Shown: piece after piece, positions 28,217 through 43,818 of the stretch | How positions within the stretch are numbered: position 1 is the stretch's first letter | How the letters are laid out: each line of letters begins with the position of its first letter | Assembly: GCA_050084515.1 (NCBI GenBank) | Contig: CM114271.1 | Location: forward strand, 46,066,001 to 46,130,000 | Reading direction: 5' to 3' | DNA: 64,000 bases | From: Blasia pusilla | Taxonomy: Eukaryota | The notes under the pieces: model-generated | What the model saw: only the letters and a program-made list of their open reading frames with translations | The model's database searches: none | Told to the model about the DNA's origin: nothing | Position numbers and translations under genes: made by a program

Positions 28217-28302
<86 letters not shown>
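28217..28302. repeat. (CT)n microsatellite
   Basis: Perfect dinucleotide run. Confidence 0.98.
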
Positions 28303-28303
<1 letters not shown>

Positions 28304-31300
28304 GCCTGGTTGGGTTTAAACCCCAAAACTACAAGTCTCAGTAGGCCTGGTATGTTGGGACAACATGTTCTAAAGCACTGCTCTTGGGTAGCTTAACCCC
28401 ATAAACCCAATACCAAACACGTCGCCTTCCCTAACATCAAGGGTTACGCTCCTCGAATCAATTAGGACACGTTGCGGGTGGTACATCATACTTGTGGGAC
28501 TAACCAAGTGAAAAATTCATGCTCGCTTATCCAACAACATCATACCTTGTGTGATCACAACTGGCTTTATCGCTGGCCTAGTTGGCATATCTACCAACTT
28601 TGCCACTGCAGCATGCCATGACTCAGTGGGGGACATCCCAAGCGCATGCTCGAAGGGCAGGTCCACCACCTCCTCAAACGAGAGGCAACCACCTCTCCAC
28701 GCTCACACGACGTGGCGGCCTGCCCAAACACCTGCGTTGGTCCAACTCCCAACATCGCCAACTCCATAGCGGAAAACAACGGAGCATGGCTCATCCTAGT
28801 GGCCACCTCCAACAATGTGGTCTACACTAGCTCCACCTGAGTTGATATAGGAGTTGTCTCTCCAACTACTCGTGACGTTGACACACCTGTCCTACCTGTA
28901 AACACTATTGGTTGTCGAGGCACCATCAACGGTGTATGCAATGCCTCTTACAACGTGAATAACTAGGGAACCCTAGCCTATCGCCCATCGGTCCCCTCCT
29001 ATGGGCCGATCTCCACCCCACCTCTCAATGGCTCGGTCACTCTCGCATCACCCCGAGTCACCACCGCAACAGCCTCAACCTGAGCCGCATTGCACATAAA
29101 CCTTAGCCCCGTATCTTGATATGACGTGGAGGTTGGAGCCACACTAGTTACTCTCAGCTCTGTACCAATCACTCGCTGCATGATTGTTATGGCAGCAATC
29201 CTCTGCTCCAACCGATCAATGTAAGTGAGGAGCAATGCATCATGTGCACGTCCTCCATCTCCCCTGACTGGTGGTGGAACTTTACCGCCAAGATCATCAA
29301 CACCTCAATCTCCTCCAACTCTCTCACCCCACACCCTCTGTCTATCTCTAGACGTATCGCTTGGCGAAGATCAAAACACCTATCCCTAGTGTGACCATAT
29401 CGATGACAATGATCACACTGCAACTATGATAGGGCCATCCTAGGTGGCTCCTGAACATCCGGAGGCACCCTAGGGCCTCTACCATACTCTGGGCAGTCCC
29501 TCTGCCTATGTGGCCCACCACACGTCCAACAAGCCAACCTTGGCCCCTGCTCAGTAACATATGTCAGTACGGGTCATTGCCCTGCTCCTTGGGCCCACCG
29601 TCCCGCTCTCACGGTACTGGTGCACATCGTGGCATCTGTGGGGCCACTCCTACCCGTAGACTCATCAAATCCCGTGCAAATCTCGTGGTCACCACCTACT
29701 CCTCACTCATATTGAGCTCTACCTGCTCAGACAACATCAATGTGGGCTTCGCCATGTGAAGCAACATGGCATCGTGGACTCTCCTCCGTAGCTCATGGTC
29801 CAACACCCCGTACCAATACTGGATTGACTACGCCTCAGTCACTCCATAAGTAGTAATGAATAACAGCCAAGGTGGCTCGCCCCCCTACGCTCTAGGCCTC
29901 TCTCTTCCAGCTTACAATCCCATCCGCGGCTTCATACTCCCGTACGCGTCCGGCTTTGTACACCCCGGAAATTAGTACTCCCATCCGTATTTGTACAACA
30001 TGTCGTGTATATACGACCTAGCTCAAATTTTTGACCTAAAGCTTAAACGGCTACCTAGCCTCCCTTACTTGACAACCCCCCAAAGGCTGCAAGACCTAAA
30101 ATAACTTTCGCTTCTCTCCCAACACACTCACTCGCGACCACCCGCTACCCCACGTCACGCTACACGCTACACTCTGCCGTTGTCCCCCGTCAATCCACAT
30201 CGGCGAAATCTGTGAAAAATAGACGGCACTTCCGCGCACAGCCTCTCGAACATAAAAACAACAAAAAAACATGACACACATGTCTGTAGGGGCTCCCCAT
30301 TGCGGAAGCTCGCTTGCTACCTGCAAACAACGAATTCCACCCGGCCCTTGACATCTTTCTCATGTAAAATCAAGAGTAGTAAAAATGGCTCACCCAGCCT
30401 AAAACTCCACTCATGAATCTACATTGGTATATCAAACCACATCCACCCTTTGCTATGAGGGAATCCGGACGCTAGAACCCTAACTCTCATACACCCGCAC
30501 ACGTTTATGCAAGAGAGGCGCTCCTAAGGCTCAACATGAGAAAGATGGCTTGGGAGAGCCATCCTCCTCACTCTTATGCACATGGGAAGAGCCAAAAGGC
30601 TCTTCCCCAAAAAATAACCCTACCAATGATAACCTGTGTGCACAAGTTACAGGGTGACCATTGACTCGGTCAATGGGTCACTTGACGGACTAAAACCATA
30701 ATAGGGAAATCGCCATAAACAATGTTCCCTACACATCAGACCTACCTCGAACCTCATCCGACATCCCGGGACGAAGTTACACCCAAACAACCCACTCACT
30801 ATCTAAGCCGTCAACGCGATAGAATTCTACCTACGTCGAAATAAGATGTGACAACCAAGTCAATAGTCACCTGATAACCTATGCATGTAGGTTACCATTT
30901 GGAGGCTATTTTTGGGGAAGAGCTATAAGAGAGGGACAACTAGCTTTCCCAAGCCATCTTCCTTATGTTGGACCTAAGGAGTAACCCTCTTATTTTGAGT
31001 GTAGTAGGAACAAGGGTGTTGGCATCCGGATTCCCTCACAGTGGAGGGTGGATATATGCGGCTCAATATGTCAATGTGCATTCGAGAGTGGAGTTGGTTG
31101 TGTGTGCCATTTTTTCTGATTTTGTTGTGTGGTCTCCATGTATATGCATGAGTATATTCCGTTTATAAGTAGATTAGCCCGTGTGTTGTGAGATGTGTGT
31201 TGTATGGTGTGTAGATGTGACCAACAATGTATATGTGGACGATAGGTTACACTCTGAAAAATTGGGGCGTGTTGATCGTCATCCAAAGATGGTCCCTAAA

Positions 31301-31759
31301 CCTTGGTTTTTAATCGTTCTCAACTAGCTAAATGTATCTATGCATCTTTTGCTACTTACAATATTGAGAAAAAATTTCCATGGGAAGCCGCTATTGATGT
31401 GAGTGATAACTACCCCCTAACCATGTTTGTATTGTGTCATCATAGCAAAACCCTCCCTCTTTTTATTCTCTTACTGAATTTTTTTTTCATTCTTTACCTA
31501 CTGCAAGTGAGGTGGGGGGAGAAAGGGGGACAAATGGATCTAGTGGGGAATGGGTGAAGGCCTTCCCTTATCCATGGGTTAGGGACTGGTCCGACTAACC
31601 ATGCCAACATCCCTACAACAGGTCTCATGGTTGGATTTGGGATAGTTCTTATCCCAACATGCATGGGGTTGGGATGTCAAGAGGTTCATATTGATTGATG
31701 ATGGTAGATGATATGTTGAATATAGATGATATTGTGAAGATTGAGGATAAATGAACACG

Positions 31760-33788
<2,029 letters not shown>

Positions 33789-34549
33789 GCTAATAAGTGA
33801 TAAATTCCAATAAGAGAGGTGACAAGAGATAGGAAATAAAATTTCAATAAAATAAGGAAGTAAGATCAAACTTACTCCATACCTCTCTAGTAGTACAAAG
33901 ATTCTAACTTTGTGATCTTCCCTTGCATCTAAACATCCACAGGTTAATCCAAGAGTGGATGACATTGGGTTCGACGAGTATGAGGGTCACTTCCTAAAAC
34001 TAGAGGTGGAGAGCGGGATTCAAACCTTTTCATATAAAGGAATTACTCTCTTAACTATGTCAAAACCTCATATACCTTAGGGATGGAAAATTTATCTTTT
34101 GTTTTCTTGTTTATCCACAACCCATGATTAAATTGATTTTCAATCACAAGTAAAAAAATAACAAGATCTAAAGACGCAGACAATCATTTAGGAATATTGG
34201 AAATAAATAGTCTAGTGGCCCTACATTGATGTTGATGGGCCTACTTTGAAGCGAGAACAATAAATAAAGTACAATAGTATGGGTTTATAAGAATAGTAAT
34301 ATTTTATATTGCAATGTAATGGTAAGTTGTGTGGTTTGAACTTGGTGAACGCGGTCCTTGCTATTTCTAATAAAATACAAATTCGTTGAAAAGGCCAAAT
34401 ACATTACTTTGTAAGTGTTGAATGAGCCTAATATTCAAATCATGACTAAATAGCTTCATTGTTTATGATGAGCTTATGTCTACATCAAGTGGGAACTATT
34501 TTGATCTTTACTTTCTTATGGTCCACTCATGCTCACAATCATGTATAAA

Positions 34550-37500
34550 AGCTATAGGTTAAGAGGGATTACAAGATGGATTGATCATGATGAGATATCT
34601 TGCTATTTCCATCATGGGATGAGTCTCTTTATGTGGTAATGTCCTTCGCTGGATTGGTAGTATTGCCATCCAATATAGGAAGGCAATGCATTTTGCAATT
34701 TGATTAGATCTACGTGATTTACTAGATAGAATACATTATTCAACAAGCAATGCAATACTTTAAAAAACAAACTTATCTCAAAAATTACACTAGCAACCAT
34801 ATGATTAAATATTTGAAACCACATACAATATTGTTGAGAACTAAAGAATGAAACTTCAATAGTTCAAACTTAGTTCAATCCAATAAGATTGAAAGTAAAG
34901 TTCATCAACATCATAATGAATTTTTAAGAACTTGTGCACAAGTCTATTATTATTGATGGTTGAACCGAGTCTTGAATGAAGTAATTATTGGAGAAAAAAA
35001 TCTTGTGAAAATAACACTAAGCATGGATGTTCACTGAATTGATACCCCATAGCCAACCATGGTAATTGTAGGTTCCACTCCCTTACATGTCCTTAGTGCA
35101 AGTCATACTTGTGTAATCCTCTTTTCATAACATGTACTACTATCTCCTCTGACCCATCTGGTTGAGAATGATCCTTGGATACATTGCAATGATCTATCAA
35201 CGCTTGACCACACAAGATCTGAAAATTTACTTTAAAATTGATACCTTTGTCACTTAATATTTTCATTGGTGTACCTCAATGACTTAATCTACGATCTATA
35301 AACATGTAAGATGCTCCCTTGCTCGTGTTGTTCATGAGTGCCACTAACTCAATCCTCTTGGAAAAATGCTCCATTATGAACAATACGTATCTATGACGAT
35401 ACCTTATCAAAGGAAACTATCATGTGAAGTATAGACTCCACTTATAGCCAAATCCCATAAACAAAAGGATGCAATTATGGATTGGGAGTATTGAAGGATG
35501 CTCATATTAAATCACACCATACATCTAGCCATAAATTGTTGAACATTGGTGTACATGCCATACCACCAATAATGAACGTAGAGGAAGCTATGAGTATGAT
35601 ATAATCCAAAATATCCCAACTCCTTATTGGCATGTTACACAATATCTTCTTGATATGAAGGACGAGTAAAATATGCCATCCACATTCTACCATCCATACA
35701 TCCTTCCACATTAATCTTTTGGATTAATGCATCATTCCACATTAATCTCTTTAATTAGAATCCAATCTGATTCTCTAGCCAAAGTTGCATATGATCAAAG
35801 TCTGTGTCCATGGACTTACGTCCAACCTATAAAAGGACTTATCCATATAGGCCCCATCTCCCCTACTTTCTCGCCTCTATGATCCGCACTTTCTCGTTTC
35901 TTCCTCCCTCCACCTCTATCTAAATCCTAAATCCCCGCCTGGCCTCCCACCACGAGTTATAAATATGGGCCCCACCTCTTGCAATCCATGTCCATGGACA
36001 TATCCAAACTTGTACGTCCATATCCGTCCTATGGATGATTTTTTGTTTTTCTGCAACCATATCCTTAACACTCACTTTACTCACCATGATGCCACTACGT
36101 AGGTACTTAAAAACCTTCTTATTGACATGAATATTGCAATTAACCAAAGCATATTCAATGAACTCTTGACCTAAAGACTAACCATGTGATCCCTCTATGG
36201 GATTTGTTTTCATGTTGTTGACTTGATATAATCCATCAACACATAAAAGGAGATCCGTATCAACCTAACACCATCTCGTTATCACCCTCTCCCTCTCTAT
36301 ATATGCCATCAAGCTCTTGTCACGTCATTCAAACTCAAACATGGGTTGCAACTCAACCCATCAGCATCCCGGTTCAATTGACATGACATATAAACCACAT
36401 CAAAATTGAAAACTCTTGTAGTAATAGAACCCACTTGGCAAGCTTTCTTGCAACTTGGTAAGACTCTATCAACCATCTAAATAGCTTATAATGAATAACG
36501 AGCATGAGGAATTTTCCAAATAAATGGCAATTGAAAGGTGACATAATAATTATAGCCAAACATTCTCCCTCAAGCATAGGATTTGTACCTCACCTCTATA
36601 ACTTTTTTTAATCAACTCGTATAAGCAATAATGAACTCCGAGTGCTAATGATTTCTACGAAGTATAACCATTCCAATAGCCAACATACTCCAATCCACAT
36701 GTAATAGGAATGGAAGACCCTCAATAGATCTCTGCAAAATGGGCAAGGACGTCAACATATCCTTGAAATCTTGGTACTTTTTCTTTTAATTATCTCCCCA
36801 ATGCCACACCTAATAAAATCTCTTCAACAAGGTCAAAGACTTTGCGATTATATTAAAATCCTTTAAATATCGTCGATAGAGTTTGCTAGTCTTAAGAATG
36901 CTTATGTTCGACTCACATCTATAGAATATGGAATACATGTTATATCCTCTATCTTTGTCTTTTGAACACCTAACCAACCAAGTTATATGGTGTTCCCTAC
37001 TTACTCAATATGATCCAACAAGAATTTGCACTTGTCTAGATGTAGCATTAGTCCATGTAACTTCAATCAAAGAAATACCACTTCCAAGTATTGCTAAACT
37101 TCGTCAATCATGGAACTGAAGATGATATTATCATTTATGTAACGCCACACATATTCCAAAAAATTTAGAATCCTATCCATGAACCTTGTGAGCTCTATAA
37201 GGGTGTTTTTTGAACCAAATGGTAAGAATCGTCATTAGTGCTAACAATCTCCATGGATATCCCACTATGACCTCTAGCATCATGCTCTATATTAGAAAAA
37301 ATAAACATATGTTACTTTGGTTATCTTAAGCCTTACATCATCTACTTAAACTATACGTCTTAGGAAGTCCATGGGTATCTATCTCTCTTTGTCTCATCTT
37401 TATTCAATGCCCCAACAATCTCCATGGGCAATGGGCTAACCCACGGGGGTGACAAAATAAATGACACTCGGATACATTGCTTCTCAACTAAACCCATCTT

Positions 37501-38030
37501 GACAATCCATGCAAGATAGTTTAAGTCCATCGCTTGACCCAACTCATATCTTCGAGGTAGCTTTGACACATATGGGATATCCATAGAAAAACCAATTGCT
37601 TACTATTGGTCATCCATGGTAGGCTCCTGCAATCCTTATGTTTGGTTATCTCATACATGCATGGTCATTCCTATTGAAGGGATGGGATGCTAGAAAACTA
37701 ACAAATGCAAGTTATGTTGCCCTAAAATCCCCCATTTTACTGGCTATAACCAATGGTGGTAAATCATCATGACTTAACACTTGAGAATGTTGCCTCAAAT
37801 CCAAGATAAAATCCAATATTAAGTGAGTTGTTGTTTGAACTCCACCATAAGCTCGCTCCAATACCTAAGATGGTAGAAGGTTTATCCATCACAATCATAG
37901 ATGATGTGCACACTATTTGATAAACTAATCGCCTAGCTTATGGCATAATCAAACTCCTACCATGTTCAGCCTCACCAACTCCATTTGGTTGAGCCTTAAA
38001 GTCCACAAATGGCTCCTTGTGCACATTTTG
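34550..38030 (-). mobile_element. Highly decayed DNMT-RT-RNaseH-integrase pol of the same lineage (copy 2)
   Basis: From 37909 downward: AHHL*L*WINLLPS*VLERAY (DNMT motif VIII), V*DNQT*GLQEPTMDDQ**AIGF (IX), LGQAMDLNYLAWI (X). RT YIND ~37140. RNase H EGECLA...KLAKWVLLLQEF 36577-36374. Integrase YKWSLYF...RYVLFIMEHFSKRIELVA ~35455-35340. Confidence 0.8.
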
Positions 38031-39989
38031 ACTCTCAATTAATGTGGTGTCAAGAAATTTTGAGAAATTTATAATTGATCAGGAAATAGGGAAGAAATTA
38101 CGAGGTATAGTGGAGAAGTCTTTAAGAATGAGGAAAGTAAAATAAACAAAAAAAGGGGTTTTCTTTTTTAAGAGGCTTTGTATTGGGAAGAAAAAAATAA
38201 AAAATGTTTATCTATGAGAATTAAACAACTAATGGGGAAAATATAAGGATGTATTTGGCAAGGACCAAAAATCAATAAAGAACAAGTTACATGGAGATAA
38301 AGGCATGTTATAGTCTTTGTGAAGATTATCTAATGTGGGAAGTAAGAAGAATGTATACAAAGACAAAGGAGGATTTTTGCAAAGAGTGAATGTGAAGACA
38401 AAGGCATGTGATGAGGGTCTTTGCAAAAACATCCTTCACAAAGACAATACTGGAAAGTAGAGATTAAGGTACGTGGCAAAGACTCTTTGTATGGAGGTTG
38501 TGTGAGGTACTTCATAGAAGTACTTTGTAAAGATAATTCGTGAGGATTGTGCAACATGCAAGGAGCAAGGATATTTAACGAGGACTCATAAGAGAACCTA
38601 TTTCAAAGACAATGTACAAAGACACTTTTATGGGGAAAATTTGTTGAAGAAACTTTAACAAAGTAATTTGAGGAAGTTGGGTAGTTAACAAAGAAGATTA
38701 GTTAGAACACTTAGAGCTATATGGCTGCACGAACCTTGGGAAGTGATATTCTATGAAGGTAGTAAGAGAGTAGATAAATCGAGATTATTGAGCTAGATAA
38801 AGAATAAAAAATGACGTAGTTAGTCATTTTGGATCTTCGAGATAGGACCATAGGAAGAGATGCTTAAGATCTCAACCTAATATGTAATCGGAAACTTGTA
38901 TAAATAGGAAGCCTCAGAAGAAGATGGGGTTTTATTATATATTAGTAAGGTAATGTTGTCAAAATGACTACACACTTGCAGCTAAAGGGATTGTAATATG
39001 TAATCAATGAGTTCTCTTATGTCCTTTATGAAAAATAAATATCACATCCATGCCACAAGGATGAAGGGGGGAGTCAACCAATATTTTGATTAGGCAACCT
39101 CAATATGTGGATTCAAGTGCTTTGAATCAATGGGGAATTTTACATGAGTGGTTCAACAATTTTTTTTTTCGACAATGAGTAACATGTGTTGACATATTGA
39201 GTTTTGATACCAAGAGGAGCATCTATATTCAATTGAAGAAAGTAACTTGTGTAGACCTTGCTTATTATCTTTGCCTTGATATAGAATATTTGGAGCTCAC
39301 GTAAGAGGATGTATTAAAGAGAAATAGAAACCAATAAATTAAAATTTATGATTTGATTTTATAGTTATCTTAGAGAAGTGTTGCAATTTAATTATTCATA
39401 TGGGAACCAACCTCTTTTTTCAACCATGTTGATGCAACTCACGACGATTAATTGACCCTCTTGGGGAAAAAAAAATACTCAATGATTATAAGTATTGAAT
39501 TTGGAAGTAAGTGATACATTACACTTAATAACTTTGACCTCGAGCCCGTATGACGTTCTACCTAGCATAGATTCATTAATTTTCTACTACATATATACCT
39601 TATTAATCTCGCCATTGTGTACTTTGACTCATGCATCTATGCACCACTCTATCGCAAGTGTACTTTATTGTGGGATGTACTTGTGTTAGACATGCACTTG
39701 AAAGCTATACATATGGATTATCAGAGCTTGTTCTTGACGGCTATGACCAATATACTTCTAGCACGGTGTCGAAGCCTCATGAATCCACCACCATGGTTGC
39801 TTGCCGATTTCCTAAAACCTGCTTAGTAGGCCTCATTCAAGGCCCTCGCATGCATGTTGACTTCACACACATACTTTGATTCTCCCATTACCATGCATTC
39901 ATTCTTGATGTCAATGCATGGCTTATCCTTGTGTAACCACACCGCAACAACATATATCCTTTTTACTTGACAACGCTACACCTAGGTAG

Positions 39990-40029
<40 letters not shown>

Positions 40030-40275
40030 CATTCTCTAGTTGTTCCTTATCATTCAACAACGCTATTTGAGTGCTTCACCAAAGCATTGCTCCATGGAGT
40101 TCTGCAATTACCCTACGTTAGTTGGCCACCATAAAAAAGTTATGAAAAATGTGTGGAGCTTCCATTCAAAATCTTCCAAATGGAAAATAAAAAAACCTTC
40201 ATGTCAAAATCTGTTCACTAGGCTCTCCTACTGGGATACTCACATAGATACTACTGATTCCGCGTTGTCTTTTTC

Positions 40276-40749
40276 CATCTTTCTAATGTATAACTGAAGT
40301 AAAATTGGCATACAAGGTCAAATTCAACTTTGAATCTACATATAATCATCAAGCCAACAATATGCACCCTCAACCATGAGGAAGGATGGATGTTAACCCT
40401 CAAGATCCTACCAAAACCTAAAAAGGATGAATATTCCATAAGCTCAATATGAGAGCCATCTCCTCATCTTTTATACCCTTGAGAAGAGCCAAAATAGGTC
40501 TTCCCCAAAAAATAGGCCTAAATGATAAAGTGCGCCCATGGGCTATTAGGTGATCGTCTATTTGGTTAACATGTCAGCTTGCCTGAAATAGAAAAATAAA
40601 CGGCTTATTAGAAACAACGATCCCAACACGACAAAATTATAGCAAATATCATCCAATTATTGAAGACAAAGCTATACTTCAACAACCCATTGACTCCCTA
40701 CAGCGTTGACTCAATAGAACTCTACCTATCGGACAACTATGATGTGATA
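40276..40749 (-). mobile_element. Diverged 5' repeat A plus PBS (family A); possibly the 5' end of copy 2
   Basis: Colinear with 30366-30853 (gaagagccaaaa...tcttccccaaaaaata; atagaactctacctat...gatgtgata). It adjoins catctttctaatgt (40276-40289), the same PBS as 30352-30365. Confidence 0.75.
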
Positions 40750-42236
40750 AGGACACTGAGGTACGCTTTCTGCATATTACATCTACGTCTTTGTAAGTTT
40801 GGAGTTTAGAACCTCAGATAGATTTTTCCCATCTTGTAAGTTTGCAAGTAGTAGTCTTGCAAATTCGTTATTCACTATAGGGATCCGACACAAAATAGGA
40901 ATAAGTTACAATAGAAGTCTGAAAAGTATTTCTTATAGAGACTAAAGTTATTGATGACAAAAATAACAAAGATTCAAAAAAAATCTAACGTCATTGTAGA
41001 CATTTGGTCTTATTGTTTATTTTGCAAGTTGATTGAGAATCTTAATTTGGGAAAGAGTGTGAAGAGTTATTGCAATTGTTGTGTATGGTTATGAAAGCTT
41101 GTCATTTTGGGCTATGTAGGACTAAATCCTTCTACCATTCCTAATAACATCCTCATGATAATTAGAGAAGTTGAGAGTTGGAGTAAAATTTATTGATCAT
41201 TCTACAAATATGCAAGGTGCAATAAATATGCAAGTGATAAATAATTGAGTCATATAAGCTCTTTCATAGTATGGTCAACTACTAAAACGTCCATAAGGGT
41301 CAATTGACCCAAATTTCTTACATTTGATCTGCATGGAATTGTAAACAACATCATGTAAGTCATGACATGGATGAAAGCCTTTCTTAATATTACTAGGCAT
41401 TTTGCCTCAATTGTATATCCCTAAGAGTTGTATGTCATAATTGAATATCCTAACATAGAAGGCAATATACAATTCACAAACTTGTTAGTACCGCTATTAT
41501 TGAGTACTTACAAAAAATATGTGAACCTTTACTCTGTGGCCATTTTAGGGTTATGGTTAAATTTGTTCGTGAAGCTAACTATAACTATGAAGAATTTAAC
41601 TACAACTACCTTCACGAACAAATTTTGATAGACAAACTTGCATAAAATACATATGTTGCCATTTGTTGCATTTCTTAACGGAAGAAAAAGCTCCAAATTG
41701 ACCGAGAGTCAATTTTGGGGAAAAAAATATTTGGCATTGTGAAACAGAAGTAATATCTATGATAATTGAAGGTGTTATAGTCTCCTAAATTAGAGCAAGA
41801 GTTTTCTCAGTAAATATGGGATAAACATACTTGATATTTTGTTCATCACTTTTCCAATATGGACTATAACCCCAACGCTTTGCTTTGCACGAATTGTGAA
41901 TGGTATTCCAAATTATTAACATATTGAATAATTCCTCCATATAGAAATTCATGGAGATAAGTCCATTTTTACGACTAGAGAGAAAATATGTTTTGTTTCA
42001 GTTCAAGATATACTTGACCATATTAAAATATTATAATAGAATTCATAGTGTGATGTATTGGGTTGTAGTTAGTGAACGAGGTAATCTACGTGTCTTTTAT
42101 ATATATATACCCTCCAACTGAATCCAAACCTACTTTTTTTTAAATATATGTGAACATCCTAGTAACTTATGGGATAGGAATGATCGTCTATGACTATAAA
42201 TTTAACAAGGATAGACGTAGACTATGGAAACTAATC

Positions 42237-42240
<4 letters not shown>

Positions 42241-42320
<80 letters not shown>
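42241..42320. repeat. (GA)n microsatellite
   Basis: Perfect dinucleotide run. Confidence 0.98.
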
Positions 42321-42323
<3 letters not shown>

Positions 42324-43818
42324 TGAGAGATTGTATTCATTAAGTATTGCTTGTTGTAGCCTTGCAACTATAGACCCTGCGCCCTGGTTGGAGAGAGCTT
42401 TTCTTATTGAAGAACTTCTCCTACATGTGTGTAGATGTCATGAGTGAGTATGATGTTGTGTGTTCTTGTGTGCATAATAATGACAATGATTCATGTTGTG
42501 TAGGGATATGTATGCGTTGGACAAAGAAGAATAGGGTGATTCATTCATCCAAGTGCACTATTGGAGTATAATTACTTACAAGTCATGCACACAAACCACT
42601 AATGCAAACCTCAAACGATTAGTCTAGATATGTTTACAATGGAAATCGCATGAAAAGGAGAAAGGAAGAATGATACAAGCGATAACGTTCGAGCAATTCA
42701 TGAGCGATGCATATCACTAGTCGGTGCTCTCGGTACAAAAGATGTGAAGAAGGAGGTAGATACAAAATAGGTCGAGAATGCAAATGGAAGAAAAAGACAC
42801 ATTACAAAGGCGAGGAGAGCTAGCTTTTGTAATTGCATGGAATCCTCAACAATGCAATCCACGATGCATATGATTGAAAAAGGTGTCTCCTCCTGATGAG
42901 ATCCGACGGTGGCGACATGACTACAACTTCTTGCTACTGAGGTGGACTTTCTACTAGAGCCCCATGCACAAGAATTGTATGTGTGGCATGCTTTGCCACC
43001 TCAACGAAAAACTTCGGGGAGTAGTTGAGGCCAAAAAAATGAAATCGGTAAACTCATGAAAGATTAGGGAATGTCCTAAAAAGTCCCCAAAACTACCCAA
43101 AACTACATATACCAAACCAAAGCTTTGGTATATGTTCATGTTTGGAAAAGTCCCACGTGAGAGATAGGAGAAAGTCGAAATGCACGTGTTCCACGGAAGG
43201 AATATAGGGTTAATGGGTCTTACTCCCCAAAAGAGGGAAGTTCGTTTGCTACATTTTGTTTATTCCCCGTCCGTAAGCCCTCTCCCGCCGTTGGGAGGTG
43301 ATCCCGTCCCCCGTACAGGCGGGGCCGTAAAAAAAGAGAGACACGAAAAGAAAGAGAAAGAAAATAATAAAAGCTGTGGGTCCCTCGGAGACGAGGAGTG
43401 AGGACCATCAGCACGTGATGTAGCGGCATCTGCCCCCTTTATGACAGAGCCTCGGAGACCGCATGTTGAATGCTGGCCATGGCCATGGCATGGCATGATG
43501 TTGTTTTAGATCCCTCCTGGAATCCATGACCAAGTGATCATTCGGGTCGGGCACCGGCAAAAGCGCCCCTGAAACCGCGGACCGCGACGATCCTCCCGTT
43601 GGTAGTTGGGCCACTGGTCAAGAATCCATCCACTTTCGGAGAGTGGATGGATGCGAAATATGTTGGCACGGAAGTGGTGCCACGCGAACAAGATTCGAGC
43701 CAGAGCTCTGCGGAGTTTGAATGCGTGCCGTAGGAGTTCAGAGCAGCAGTTCCACTTCTGGCGAGAGGAGGGGGGGTTTAGGGTTCATGACAGTGCTGGG
43801 AGGATTCAGGGAGCGGGT

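Larger units (their letters stand above)
23902..30853 (-). mobile_element. Internally deleted DNMT-carrying Ty3/gypsy element with split direct repeats (copy 4)
   Basis: A1 30853-30366; PBS 30365-30352. Gag zinc knuckle CDHCHRYGHTRDRC ~29400. Protease VLIDS(G)A*PLMLGK ~28470-28430 and protease C-terminus YDVLVGSTVLYPLGFILDFWEE ~25260-25190. DNMT motif I RVLDLFRGI ~24845-24815. Deletion to the 3' UTR; PPT 24679-24671; B1 24670-24531; A2 24528-24042; B2 24041-23902. TSD ACCG (23898-23901) / ACCA (30854-30857). Confidence 0.85.
23714..31244 (+). mobile_element. Older solo A-B terminal repeat (family A), split into 23714-23901 and 30858-31244 by insertion of the element at 23902-30853
   Basis: Starts TGTCATATCTT like repeat A and ends ...ACGATA like repeat B (ACGACA). 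The two halves rejoin as gttgaccg|agtcaa. Flanks GCTT/GGTT are a 3/4 match to a 4-bp TSD. Confidence 0.8.

Noticed and set aside
42330-42523. Further B-like terminal fragment ending gtagggatatgtatgcgttggaca
   Set aside because: Similarity is limited to the last ~30 bp, too little to call without an alignment.
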